A program made the translations under genes and the position numbers. This document shows positions 26,101-38,599 of a stretch of DNA of 64,000 nt, piece by piece; the stretch's first letter is position 1, and each line of letters begins with the position of its first letter. Under the pieces are notes generated by a model. The model did not search any database. It saw only the letters and a list, made by a program, of their open reading frames with translations, and was not told where the DNA came from. The stretch covers positions 4,898,001 to 4,962,000 of the forward strand of contig CM060732.1 of NCBI GenBank assembly GCA_030704615.1. Reading direction: 5' to 3'. This DNA is from Takakia lepidozioides. Taxonomy: Eukaryota; Plantae; Bryophyta.

Positions 26101-29100
26101 ACGGATGGTTGGCCATCGACATGATTTTGGTTCGCTTTGAGACTTGGCCAGTATCTTCAATGTGCCATGGAAGAGGCCCCAGAGTAATATGAGATCAATC
26201 GAAATTTGTTCAATGGGCCGAGGGATGGTTGCCCATCCAAATGATTTTCGTTCGCTTTGAGACTTGGCCAGTGTGCTCAATGTACCCTCAGATAGGTCCC
26301 AATGTAATATGAGATCAATCGAAATTCATTCGATGGGCCAATGAGGCGTTCAGTTGTCATCTGGTTTTTGTTCATTGCGAAAAAAGAAAATCCTGCAATG
26401 CGTGCACGGCTATTGCACCCATTGAACGGATGTGGTTGAAGCCCCTCTTTTGCCCGCATGTGCTTGAACATGTGTGCCAACCATCCGTTGAACCATCGAA
26501 CGAATTTTGATTGATCTGATATTAGTCCGAGACCTGTGCGAGGATGTCTCAAACGTAGTGGCAAAGTTTGGAAGCAAACAAAAATGATTTGGATGGGCAA
26601 CCATCCGCTCACCCGTTGAATGTATTCCACTGGATCTGCTATTGCTTTGGGACCTGTTGGACTGTGTTTCGCGTGCTCACGATTTTTTTTTCATCCGGTT
26701 TTTGAATGGGGCGTGTAATGTAGCCATATGCAATGTGCGTGCCAAATTTGGGAGCAAACATAATTCATTTGGACCCAAAACCACAGTTTCTTCCCTGTTT
26801 TGCACTCCAAACTTGGATTTGTGTTCAACTTCACGCACTCTTCATAGAGAGTTCTGCAATAGTCAGCGAAGAGAACACTTTTTTTTTGGGGCATTTTTTA
26901 TTGGTCCAAATTTTGGCGGGGAAGTAGTGGTGGGATGCTGGAAGCCGCAGAACAAAATTGAGCCAAAAACAAAATCGATACGTGCCAGAAACCCCCGATG
27001 AAAGGTAGTGCAAACCTATTTATTGGCTTAAAATTAATTTAAATTCGATTACATTATGGAATGGCTTGGTGTCGATGGGGAGGCAAATGATTTATTCGTC
27101 TGTTGTGTCTCCTCACATGTGTCGCACACATGTTCAAGCACATGCGGGCAAAAGAGGGGCTTCAACCACATCCTTTCAATGGGTGCAATAGCCGTGCACG
27201 CATTGCAGGATTTTCTTTTTCGCAATGAACAAAAACCAGATGACAACTGAACGCCTCATTGGCCAATCGAACGAATTTCGATTGATCTCATATTACATTG
27301 AGACCTATTTGAGGGTACATTGAGCACACTGGCCAAGTCTCAAAGCGAACGAAAATCATTTGGATGGGCAACCATCCCTCGGCCCATTGAACGAATTTCG
27401 ATTGATCTCATATTACTCAGGGGCCTCTTCCATGGCACATTGAACATACTGGGCCAAGTCTCAAAGCGAACCAAAATCATGTCGATGGCCAACCATCCGT
27501 TGAGCCATTGAATGAATTTTGATTGATCTGATATTAGTCCGAGACCTGTGCGAGGGTGTCTCGAACGTACTGGCAAAGTGTGGAAGCAAACAAAAATGAT
27601 TTGGATGGGCAACCATCCGCTCACCCGTTGAATGTATTCCGCTGAATCTGCTATTGCTTTGGGACCTGTTGGACTGTGTTTCGCGTGCTTACGATTGTTT
27701 TTTCATTCGGTTTTTGAATGGGGCATGTAATGTAGCCATATGCAACGTGCGTGCCAAATTTGGGAGCAAACGTAGTTCATTTGGACCCAAAACCACAGTT
27801 TCTTTCCTGTTTTGCACTCCAAACTTGATCTGTGTTCAACTTCACACACTCTTCATAGAGAGTTCTGCAATAGTGAGCGAAGAGAACACTTTTTTTTTGG
27901 GGCATTTTTTATTGGTCCAAATTTTGGCGGGGAAGTAGTGGTGGGATGCTGGAAGCCGTAGAACAAAATTGAGCCAAAAACAAAATCGATACGTGCCAGA
28001 AACCCCCGATGAAAGGTAGTGCAAACCTATTTATTGGCTTTAAATTAATTTAAATTCAATTGCATTATGGAATGGCTTGGTGTCGATGGGGAGGCAAATG
28101 ATTTATTCGTCTGTTGTGTCTCCGCACATGTGTCGCACACATGTTCAAGCACATGCGGGCAAAAGAGGGGCTTCAACCACATCCGTTCAATGGGTGCAAT
28201 AGCCGTGCACGCATTGCAGGATTTTCTTTTTCGCAATGAACAAAAACCAGATGACAACTGAACGCCTCATTGGCCCATCGAACGAATTTCGATTAATCTC
28301 ATATTATATTGGGACCTATCAGAGGGTACATTGAGCACACTGGCCAAGTCTCAAAGCGAACGAAAATCATTTGGATGGGCAACCATCCCTCGGCCCATTG
28401 AACAAATTTCGATTGATCTCATATTACTCTGGGGCCTCTTCCATGGCACATTGAACATACTGGCCCAAGTCTCAAAGCATGGCCAACCATCCGTTGAGCC
28501 ATCGAATGAATTTTGATTGATCTGATATTAGTCCGAGACATGTGTGAGGGTGTCTTAAACGTACTGGCAAAGTTTGGAAGCAAACAAAAATGATTTGGAT
28601 GGGCAACCATCCGCTCACCCGTTGAATGTATTCCGCTGGATCTGCTATTGCTTTGGGACCTGTTGGACTGTGTTTCGCGTGCTCACGATTTTTTTTTCAT
28701 TTGGTTTTTGAATGGGGCGTGTAATGTAGCTATATGCAACGTGCGTGCCAAATTTGGGAGCAAACATAATTCATTTGGACCCAAAACCACAGTTTCTTCC
28801 CTATTTTGCACTCCAAACTTAGATTTGTGTTCAACTTCATGCACTCTTTATAGAGAGTTCTGCAATAGTGAGCGAAGAGAACACTTTTTTTTTGGGGCAT
28901 TTTTTATTGGTCCAAATTTTGGCGGGGAAGTAGTGGTGGGATGCTGGAAACCGCAGAACAAAATTGAGCCAAAAACAAAATCGATACGTGCCAGAAACCC
29001 CCGATGAAAGGCAGTGCAAACCTATTTATTGGCTTAAAATTAATTTAAATTCGATTACATTATGGAATGGCTTGGTGTCGATGGGGAGGCAAATGATTTA

Positions 29101-30232
29101 TTCGTCTGTTGTGTCTCCGCACATGTTCAAGCATATGCGGGCAAAAGAGGGGCTTCAACCACATCCGTTCAATGGGTGCAATAGCCGTGCACGCATTGCA
29201 GGATTTTCTTTTTCGCAATGAACAAAAACCAGATGACAACTGAACGCCTCATTGGCCCATCGAACGAATTTGGATTGATCTCATATTACATTGGGACCTA
29301 TCAGAGGGTATATTGAGCACACTGGCCAAGTCTCAAAGCGAACGGAAATCATTTGGATGGGCAACCATCCCTCGGCCCATTGAACGAATTTCGATTGATC
29401 TCATATTACTCTGGGGCCTCTTCCATGGCACATTGAACATACTGGCCCAAGTCTCAAAGCGAACCAAAATCATCCCGATGGCCAACCATCCGTTGAGCCA
29501 TCGAATGAATTTTGATTGATCTGATATTAGTCCGAGACCTGTGCGAGGGTGTCTCGAACGTACTGGCAAAGTGTGGAAGCAAACAAAAATGATTTGGATG
29601 GGCAACCATCCGCTCACCCGTTGAATGTATTCCGCTGTATCTGCTATTGTTTTGGGACCTGTTGGACTGTGTTTCGCGTGCTCACGATTTTTTTTTCATC
29701 CGGTTTTTGAATGGGGCGTGTAATGTAGCCATATGCAACGTGCGTGCCAAATTTGGGAGCAAACATAATTCATTTGGACCCAAAACCACAGTTTCTTCCC
29801 TGTTTTGCACTCCAAACTTGATTTGTGTTCAACTTCACGCATTCTTCATAGAGAGTTCTGCAATAGTGAGCGAAGAGAACACTTTTTTTTGGGGGCATTT
29901 TTTATTGGTCCAAATTTTGGCGGGGAAGTAGTGGTGGGATGCTGGAAGCCGCAGAACAAAATTGAGCCAAAAACAAAATCGATACGTGCCAGAAACCCCC
30001 GATGAAAGGCAGTGCAAACCTATTTATTGGCTTAAAATTAATTTAAATTCAATTACATTATGGAATGGCTTGGTGTCGATGGGGAGGCAAATGATTTATT
30101 CGTCTGTTGTGTCTCCGCACATATTCAAGCACATGCGGGCAAAAAAGGGGCTTCAACCACATCCGTTCAATGGGTGCAATAGCCGTGCACGCATTGCAGG
30201 ATTTTTTTTCTTCGCAATGAACAAAAACCAGA
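23115..30232. repeat. Head-to-head tandem array of a ~1-kb unit (about 3.4 reverse + 3.8 forward units)
   Basis: Period ~1000 bp (23345/24346/25338/26350 and 26640/27652/28646/29645); orientation switches at ~26476. Confidence 0.92.
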
Positions 30233-30349
30233 TGGGCATGTAGAAGACACTTGCAAAGTTTCTGAGCAATAAAATATCATTTCATCGGGGAAGTTTTCGT
30301 TCACCTTTTCATCCAATTTTGAATTGAACTGGATTTTTACTAAATAAAA

Positions 30350-31050
30350 TGATTTAGAGGGCATAGGATTGTGGGGCGCAATGAGTGTGGGGCGCAATGA
30401 TTTTGTTTTTGGCTTGATTTTGTTTTGTGAGTAAAACCCTCACACCACCACATCCTTGCCAAAAAATGTACCAAGAAAAATGTTTTGAAAAAAAACGTTC
30501 ATCCTTTGCTCTATGCTCATTATTGCATAACTTTCTATGAAGAGTGCATGAAGTTGAAGATAACTTCACCTTGGAGTGCAAATGAGGGAATAAAATGTGT
30601 TTTGGATGCAGACGATGTCTGTTCATGGTGATATTTTCCATGCAACTCTTCATGTTGTTATCAAGCATATGGCTTCAGAATGGAATTAAAAACAATTCAT
30701 GTGCAGGCGAAAGATTGTTTTTCCTTATGAATTTGAATAACCGATTCAAACAACTTTGTTGAAATTCAACTTTGGTCCATATGTGCTTAAGTACGTACAA
30801 ATCACGTACACAAAGTTGCAAGCGAAGAAATAATCATTTGCCCCCCGAACGACTCGTTAAACGTTTCAACCAATTTTCAATCATGAATCATTTAATAGGG
30901 GAACTATTGGTTCACCCTTAGAACCATTTTAGATTGACCTCATACTTGTCCGGTAACTTAAAGAGGGCATGTACACAACATTCCCAAAGTTTCAAATCAA
31001 TCTAAAATCATTTGGCAGGGGAACAATTGGTTCACCCATTGACCCGGTGT
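30350..31050 (-). repeat. Diverged copy of the ~1-kb unit and its ~120-bp subrepeat
   Basis: Recognisable segments such as ATTGCATAACTTTCTATGAAGAGTGCATGAAGTTGAA. Confidence 0.7.
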
Positions 31051-31199
31051 ACACTGTCACTCTTCAAGATTCGTGGGTGTGGTGCTTGATTATCCCATAT
31101 GATGGACCCAGGTGCCATGCCCAAGTAATAAACCATTTAAACATTATGGTACGAGACAAACACAATTGAAAACAACATTTATTCAAACATGATGTACAG

Positions 31200-32710
31200 T
31201 CAGAGGTCTACAAGTTTCTATCCATCCTCCAGCAATTTTTGGGCTCAGGCCAATTGAATAGCCCCGTCATGAAACGCTTCACAACATTTTCTAGTTTGTA
31301 CCGCAACTCTACTGTGTCTACACACAAGTTTTCTAGAGCGGAAGCAAAACAAGTTCTAGTAGACATATCGTTGAACAGATTTGCATCGAACGTGTTACCC
31401 CCAGTTATTGCCTAGGCTATCTTCCCAATTGCAAAGGTCTCTGATGGCACGGTTAGAGGGGGCCTACGAGGTGTGTCATCTGACTGGTTGTTGGCTACAT
31501 TATGAACAATTGCAATTTCAGGTGCAATCCACCATCTATGTGTGAGAGTCTTTATCATCTTGTCTCTGCTCTCGAAAATGTACAACGTGGTTTTTGGGTT
31601 ATCCGTCGTGGAGGCCATCCCCCAATCGCATACCCCGATGTACACATCTTCAGACCTTTGTGGAAAATGATGTTGTCGGGGGACATGTCGTTGTGCAAGA
31701 GGTGGTGATTATGGACGTTGAGCATGATGTGCAAAAGCGCCCATGCCAATTGGGTGCGATTCTGTCGGAATCGAACCAGTCGGTTGACCTCCTGCATTTC
31801 CTGCTCCGTCCCCCGTCGTTCCATTAACTCCCTGTTATCCCGATCATTCCCCCATTTCCTGTCAATACTCAACCATGATCGTATGGTCCCCCCATTCCAC
31901 CAATATGTGTAACCTTCATTTCGACGTGGATGCAACGCAAAATACTTTATGATGCCGAAATGATGGAACTTTACAGCCAACGCCTTATTGTTATGTTGGA
32001 CTTTGGCAAGCTCAACATTTGTTTCCCTGGGCGTTTTCCCTGCTAGCTCCCAAGATGGAGGAATGAATTGATCCCCAACAATTCTAACCCTTCGAATTGT
32101 ACCATACCCTCCCTGTTTGGGCGCGTCGAGTTGTTGTACCTGTGCGTTTGTGGATATGTATCTCACGTTCATGCCGCATCCGCGGACGAAGACCCTGCCT
32201 TCCATGGGAGTGGTTTTGTACGTCGTTTGGCGTGGGCCTTTGCCATGTCAGACCATCAATCCACAAGCACAAACAACTCCTCATCCGAAGTTGGCATGCG
32301 ACCTTTAGCTACAAGTGTTCTCGTAACAAACTTGTCCATGGTTTGCCTTAGATTCCATGTGGCATCATGGGCCCGGTCCTCCATCCATTTCGTGAACTGG
32401 AACTTCGCCCTGTCCTCCTCCCATTCATCCCTGGCCAAAGCCTCCCTCATTCTCATCTCCATATTGTGCTGGAATCTAAAGGAACCCCTCATTCTTATGT
32501 CGGACATACAAAAGATTCAAACGCATTATGTCATTGTCCTTCAAATAATCCAACACTACTTGCTTCACCACCTTCGCGGCCTCTGCGCTTGGATAGTCTT
32601 TTTTATCGACCTGACTATCTCGTTCATGTGCATGTTTACGCTTCCTACCTTTACGCCCACTTCCCGAGGAACCCCCTGACACTGCGTTCGAAGCAACGTT
32701 TTCGGACATG
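31200..32710 (-). pseudogene. Protein kinase (divergent Ser/Thr type) with N-terminal extension
   Basis: GGYGTI Gly-loop, LAGK, HNDMSPDNIIFH catalytic loop, DWGMAS (DFG position) and WIAPE; frameshift near 31650 and further stops. Confidence 0.85.
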
Positions 32711-33027
32711 ATGAAAGTACTCTGCGGAATAGACGCGGCTTCGTAACGGAAAACTAAACCCAGACTATTGATAACCTTATATACTAGTAGACCAATTTCC
32801 TCACCCTCTATTGGTATAGTACCCAAAGCAAACTCTCCCGCAGTCCCAGGGAAAAAAGGCAAAAACTCCTCCCCCACACAAATCCACTTTCTCCCCCCCT
32901 CCCACGCTCAGTCCTGGCCATCGAAGTTCAAACTCCAAGAAGCCCCAGAACCGCACTCACAGAGAGGGAAAAAAGTGGGTTGGGAATGAGGGGTAGGCCC
33001 TGATATACTGCCTGGAGAGGCCTGAAG

Positions 33028-34050
33028 TGCGACCGCCTCTGCTGCCCATTCACGCCTCGCCACGTGTCCAGGGAGCGGTCGCACCTAATAACAAAAAAGA
33101 AAATGTGCGACCCCCCATAAGCGGTCGTACCTAATAACCAAAAAAAAAAAGTCTGTGACCACCACTGGCTGGTGATCGCACCCATTTAAAAAATAATTAA
33201 AAATGTGCGACCATCCCCTGCTGGTGGTCGCACCCATTTAAAAAATAATTAAAAATGTGCAACCATCATCTGCTGGTGGTCGCACCTATTTAAAAAAATT
33301 GAAAAGTTGCGACCACCACCTGCTCGTGGTCGCACCTATTTTAAAAAAAAGAAAAAATTGCGACCACCACCTGCTGGTGGTCGCACCCAATTTAAAAAAA
33401 GAAAAAATGTGCGACCACCCTCTGCTTGTGGTCGCACCTATTAAAAAAAATGAAAATGCTGCGACCACCACCTACTGGTGGTCGCACCCATTTAAAAAAT
33501 AAGAAAAAATGTGCGACCACCCCCTTCAAGTGGTCGCACCTATTTTAAAAAAATAAAAATTTGTCCGACCAACCTTTGCTGACGGTCGCATGATTGACAA
33601 TATAAATCATAATATATGAATTTTACAGATAATTAATGAAGTCCACGTAATAAGGCCACATCGGTTGCCACGTCGGTTCTCATAGTAAATAGTCAGTAAT
33701 AAAGTAAAAAAATAAACATATTTATGTACAGTAACGTCGGTTTTGGACGTGACGTGACGCACGTCCGTCACTGACGTCGGACGTGACGCTGACGCGTCAA
33801 CGCCACGTCACGTCCAAATTTGCAACTAAGGCTGGTGGTCGCACCCAATTTTTTTTATAAAAAAATGTGCGACCACCCTCTGCTTGTGGTCGCACCTATT
33901 AAAAAATTTGAAAATGCTGCGACCATCACCTGCTTGTGGTCGCACCCATTTAAAAAATAAGAAAAAATGTGCGACCACCCCTTTCTGGTGGTCGCACCTA
34001 TTTATAAATAAATAAATAAATGTCCGACCAACCGTTGCTGACGGTCGCAT
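33028..34050. repeat. Right subterminal GCGACCACC palindrome array
   Basis: Units with A-rich spacers, mirror orientation to 14899-15680. Confidence 0.9.
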
Positions 34051-34287
34051 GATTGACAATATAAATCATAATATATGAATTTTACAGATAAATAATGAAG
34101 TCCACGTAATGAGGCCACATTGGTTGCCACGTCGGTTCTCATAGTAAATAGTCAATAGTAAATTTTAAAAATATATATATATGTACAGTAACGTCCGTTT
34201 AGGACGTGACGTGATGCACGTCCGTCACTGACGTCGGACGTGACGCTGACGCGTCAACGCCACGTCACGTCCAAATTTACAACTAGG
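33373..34287. repeat. Tandem duplication of the inner element's right end (458 + 457 bp)
   Basis: 33373-33830 and 33831-34287 both begin GCTGGTGGTCGCACCCAATTT and end ...CCAAATTT(G/A)CAACTA(A/G)G. Confidence 0.88.
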
Positions 34288-35288
34288 TCTGGAACAGATC
34301 CAAACATGTGTGCAGAAATCCTTAAATAAGCAAATGACCATCTCAACTTTTATAAGCCTCATCCCCAGCTTCCGGTTTTGATGGTCATTTGGTTTTTTAA
34401 GTCTTTATATACGCATGTGTGGATATGTTCCAGATGGAAGATATTAACATTGGAAAAATAAGAGTTGGAGAAGCACCTCATTACGAAGACATTACAGAAG
34501 ACCTCAACATGTTGAACATCTGGATGAAGAACATTGCTCATCGTCGCTTCAAAGTTCAAGCGCTTCTGAAATGATCACATGTTTGTTGGTGGAAGCAGAT
34601 ATCGTAGGCCACATTGATCTCGTACCCATCGAAGACTCTCGTAGGCCACATGGAACGGTTCATGTGATACATTTTCACAAATGCGATGTAATACATTTGT
34701 GAAATAATATCACATCAACCGTTTAATGTGGCCAATGCACCTCTTCCGCACCATGGCGGAAATGTTCGCCACTTGAAAGCACAAACACAAATAATCCGTG
34801 CAAACAATCTCAAGAATCATATATACTGCAAGGTGTTTCATACTGCCGATGTTCATGTAGCTGAATTATTTAGGAATCGTTTTGTTACTCCCATGCCAAC
34901 AACATCAGGTCCACTGCGACTGCCATATTCCAAATTCCGTATCAGCCACCACGGATATGAAACCAAGAACTTCGCACAAAATCTCCAATTCATTCAATTT
35001 ATGGTGGGCCATGGCTGCAGCCTGCAAGCTGGCCTGGGTGGCTGATACGTTCGTTTGAATATGACAGTCTCAGAGGACGTTGACATGGGAATATTTCCAG
35101 CAAAGCAAATCGGGGGAAGTACCTTGAATTACCTGGAACCACCAAGTCATGCGGTTGAGCCACACATCCATTGCAGGTTCGGAAACTTCAAGTGGGGTCC
35201 TTATACTCTCCGATGCATTCCAGATCGACAGCCACCGTGTCTGCCATGTCCGATCCAATGTCAGGAGCAGGAAGAAGAGTGGCTATTG

Positions 35289-35934
35289 CTAGGAAGGAAC
35301 TTCAGTGCATTGAAACCTCACATTCTCTTTCGCCTCCACACATGCCGTTGAGAGGTGATGCAGTTTCTCCAACTGCATGGTCGGCTGCATGGCCCGAGAA
35401 TAGTGTTTTGCAATCTCGAGGATGAAGTCCTTTCCAAATGCCGGATCTGCAATGGCCACCAGCTTCACAAGCTTTGACTTGTATTTGGTTCTGGACTTGA
35501 CTTCGACTTCCTTCAAGTGCTCGGTCAATGACTGCAATGTTTTTGTCTGCCCCTCACTTTCCATGAAGAAGCGTTTGGCATGGGCCAAATCCAGCTTGAT
35601 GTTTGACTGCCAAGAAAAACATGCAGAAGCATTACATACGATCCATGTGGAAAGATGACTAGAAATTGGGGAAGGATGAGCAGAGGAAAATGAGAGGACG
35701 ACTTACTTCGTATATGACCTCTACCATTCCATTCATAGTGAGGCGATACCATGTCCGGTCTATTTTTGCCAGGGTTTTTTGAATGAGCTCGGGCTCCAGC
35801 ATTTCGGCGAACATGTGTGGGTCAGTGAGACCAGTTTTCCTCACCCTGTACAGCATATGTGCCATGTGGGTATGCACGTAAGCATTTTCAGTGACCCTGC
35901 GAGGCACACTCTCCAGTTCAGTCCAATGAAGCAC
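35289..35934 (-). pseudogene. Degraded ORF relic of unknown function
   Basis: Two co-oriented protein-like ORFs; no motif recognised. Confidence 0.3.
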
Positions 35935-36756
35935 GGAAACAAAACTGATTGGAAACCGCAGAAAACGTCACTCTCTCCATCAACATACTCACCACCGAAC
36001 CACTCTCCGGAAGCATACGAGCAGCATACTTACTCCCCAATTGGATACTTTCAGCATCTTACTCCGGGGTCAGTTACTATTATGTTTTGAAGAGCATACG
36101 AGTAATTCATCATCTTCGCGATTCACTGAAAGTCTGCAAGACCACCAATTCTTCGAGAAGTGCAGCTGAACGGTTGCACAAGACATTGTTGGTTGGCGTA
36201 ATATTGGAGGATATTTTTTGTGAGGTCATCACCATATCAACGATTCTCGAGACAGCATTTCAGGGACTTCTTCCATCTTCTGCTGACGAAAACCTTCGAA
36301 ACAACGGAAGAATACAGATTTGAAAATGGTCCCTCCAACCTTGTCAAAATATCGTGATTTTGGGAAATGACTTTCCTCAAAATATTTTCATCATAAGTAC
36401 GTCGGCCGACATTGTCTTGTACTAACGGACTTCAGCCCTCTTTCTAGAAGTTGATACTCTCATTGACATGGTTTACGTTACTTGTATTGGTCCATGCCGC
36501 ATGGGGCGAGACTTACTCAAATTGACATGGTTCTGAAATAAAACCTGGTTGTTTATCATCAATGTCTCCCCATTGTCTTTCATTTCATTTCATGGTATTG
36601 TGTCATTGTGCCATGTTTTGCTCACATATTTGATTGATTTGTCTTGTACGTTACATAGTAACGGCCTTCACAAGCTCAGTCGCGGTTACGAATATGACTG
36701 GTGCTCCAATCATCCATCAGGCCGCGGATCATGAAGCGAGTTATCACCCGACACCC

Positions 36757-36980
36757 ATTTTTTTAATTTATTTTTTAATGTAATGGAAACACCTGGGAGC
36801 AACAGCTCACAAATCAGGCCCCCTTAATAGTATAACCTCTTTCACAGTAACCCCGCCATGTGGCGTTGGAATGGGACACCACCCATGAACATATCACACT
36901 CGTCAGTAGCAAGATTTGACCTTATAATCATCTGGGTGGCACTCAGTGCACTTCACCAACTGAGCTACTGACTGTTGGTA
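36757..36980 (-). mobile_element. tRNA-derived SINE (second copy)
   Basis: Homologous to 19469-19693, with A-box TAGCTCAGTTGG, GGTCAAATC and an A-rich tail. Confidence 0.75.
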
Positions 36981-37639
36981 TCTCATTCAACTCTTACTAA
37001 ACGTCGAATGAACAGTGGAACTTGCTTTATGAGCCAATAGAAACTGTTTTTTCTCCTGAAGTTTATACATAATGTTTCTTTATTGCTCATATTATATATT
37101 AATAGACAAACAATTATTTATATCTTTATATTATATTTAAAAGTATCCATTTAAATTCATTTAAATAATTTAAAAAAATACATATTCAGATATTTCTCCT
37201 TATTTCTGGACCAAACTTTAGTCCAGATTTACTTAAAATTGTGTTCAATGTAGTATAGGACGAGCAATAATATGACTATTAGGGCTGGCAGCGAACTATT
37301 TGCATCATACGAGTTCTCCCGGGATGATTGGGACCTCCGGTTACAGCATGAGTAGGATATGTATGATACAAATAGGGTTCCTTTGAGATAGGGATCACGT
37401 AGAGGGGCATTGTAGATATTCTCATGATGTATTTTGTATACATCCGATTAATCGATTGATGTAAATATCTTTTCTTGTTGCTCGTGTGGATTGCAACTTT
37501 GCATATGTGATCTGAACATACTTATGCACATGTGGACCAAATATGAGCTTGAACCAAGTTCCTTCAATGGGTCATTCAAGTGTTGAACGCAGCTACGTGT
37601 CGTAGAGACAAAAAACTGCATTTCGCCTACACATGATTT

Positions 37640-38200
37640 TCCATTCTGAAGCCATATGCTGAATGACAACATATGCAATGTGCGTGCAAAATTTGGGAGT
37701 AAACAAAAGTCATTTGGACCCAGAACCATATTTTGTTCTCTCATTTGCACTCCAAAGTTGAGTTATCTTCAATTTTATGCACTCTTTACAAAGAGTCTTG
37801 CAAAAGTGACCCTAGAAACACACATTTTTTTGTTCCATTTTTTTTTTGTCCAATTTTTTGCATGGATGTAGTGGTGCAAACCCCAATGTCACAGAACAAA
37901 ATAGAGCAAAAAATAAAATCATTACGCCCCTCAAAACCGCAATCCTATATTTTTCAAATGCAAATATTCATTTTAAATTCATTTGAATTCGATTTAATTC
38001 AAAATTGGTTCAAGGGTGAGTGCGTTTGGAGAGGCAAATGTTTTTTTTTTAAATAATTTTATTTATTTTTTATCTGCTGGATCTTTGCACAGGTGTTGCA
38101 CGCATATTTAAACACATGTGGGAAAAAATGAAGCTTGAGCCACATCCGTTTGATGGGTGCAATCGCACGAGAGGATTTTCTTTCACATTAATAAACAAAA
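37640..38200 (+). repeat. Old diverged copy of the ~1-kb unit
   Basis: ATATGCAATGTGCGTGCAAAATTTGGGAG...TCATTTGGACCCA...TGCACTCCAAA...CCACATCCGTTTGATGGGTGCAAT. Confidence 0.75.
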
Positions 38201-38599
38201 ATTGGTTGATAGGGTGAACACGTCCTTGGGGGACAAATGATTTTGTTTGGGTTTGAAACTTTACATGCGTGACGCTGCGCACATACATGTAATTACTGAA
38301 TGACATGTTCGATGTATGCACACGTTGAAGGTTGTTGTTTGCATTTCGCTTATAATAAGTTGTATGGTTGCAAGGACACATTATGATATATGCCCGTATA
38401 TTCATTTGTTTGTATCAGGACTTTGTCCCTCCCTTCCTGGTCCTTTCTCTTGGCACCCCATCCGAAACAACCCAAGTATATCAGGTGGGAGCCGTGGGCA
38501 AGACGCCGCCCCCACGGTACCGAACGATGATGACGATGACAGTGACAGTGACAGTGACAACAACAATGAGGATGAAATTAACCAGGAGGATGTGTAAGC

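Larger units (their letters stand above)
14675..34287 (+). mobile_element. Giant (~19.6 kb) hAT-superfamily transposon with cargo
   Basis: 8-bp TSD TCTGGAAC at 14667-14674 and 34288-34295; imperfect TIRs CATGGTTGCAAA / TTTACAACTAGG; same palindromic arrays at both ends; internal hAT transposase. Confidence 0.85.

Noticed and set aside
23100-30243. Many repeated short ORFs
   Set aside because: Products of the 1-kb repeat; frames are not conserved between units
34270-34290. Helitron 3' end (CTAG)
   Set aside because: The 8-bp TSD, TIR partner and internal hAT transposase explain the end better; no Rep/helicase seen
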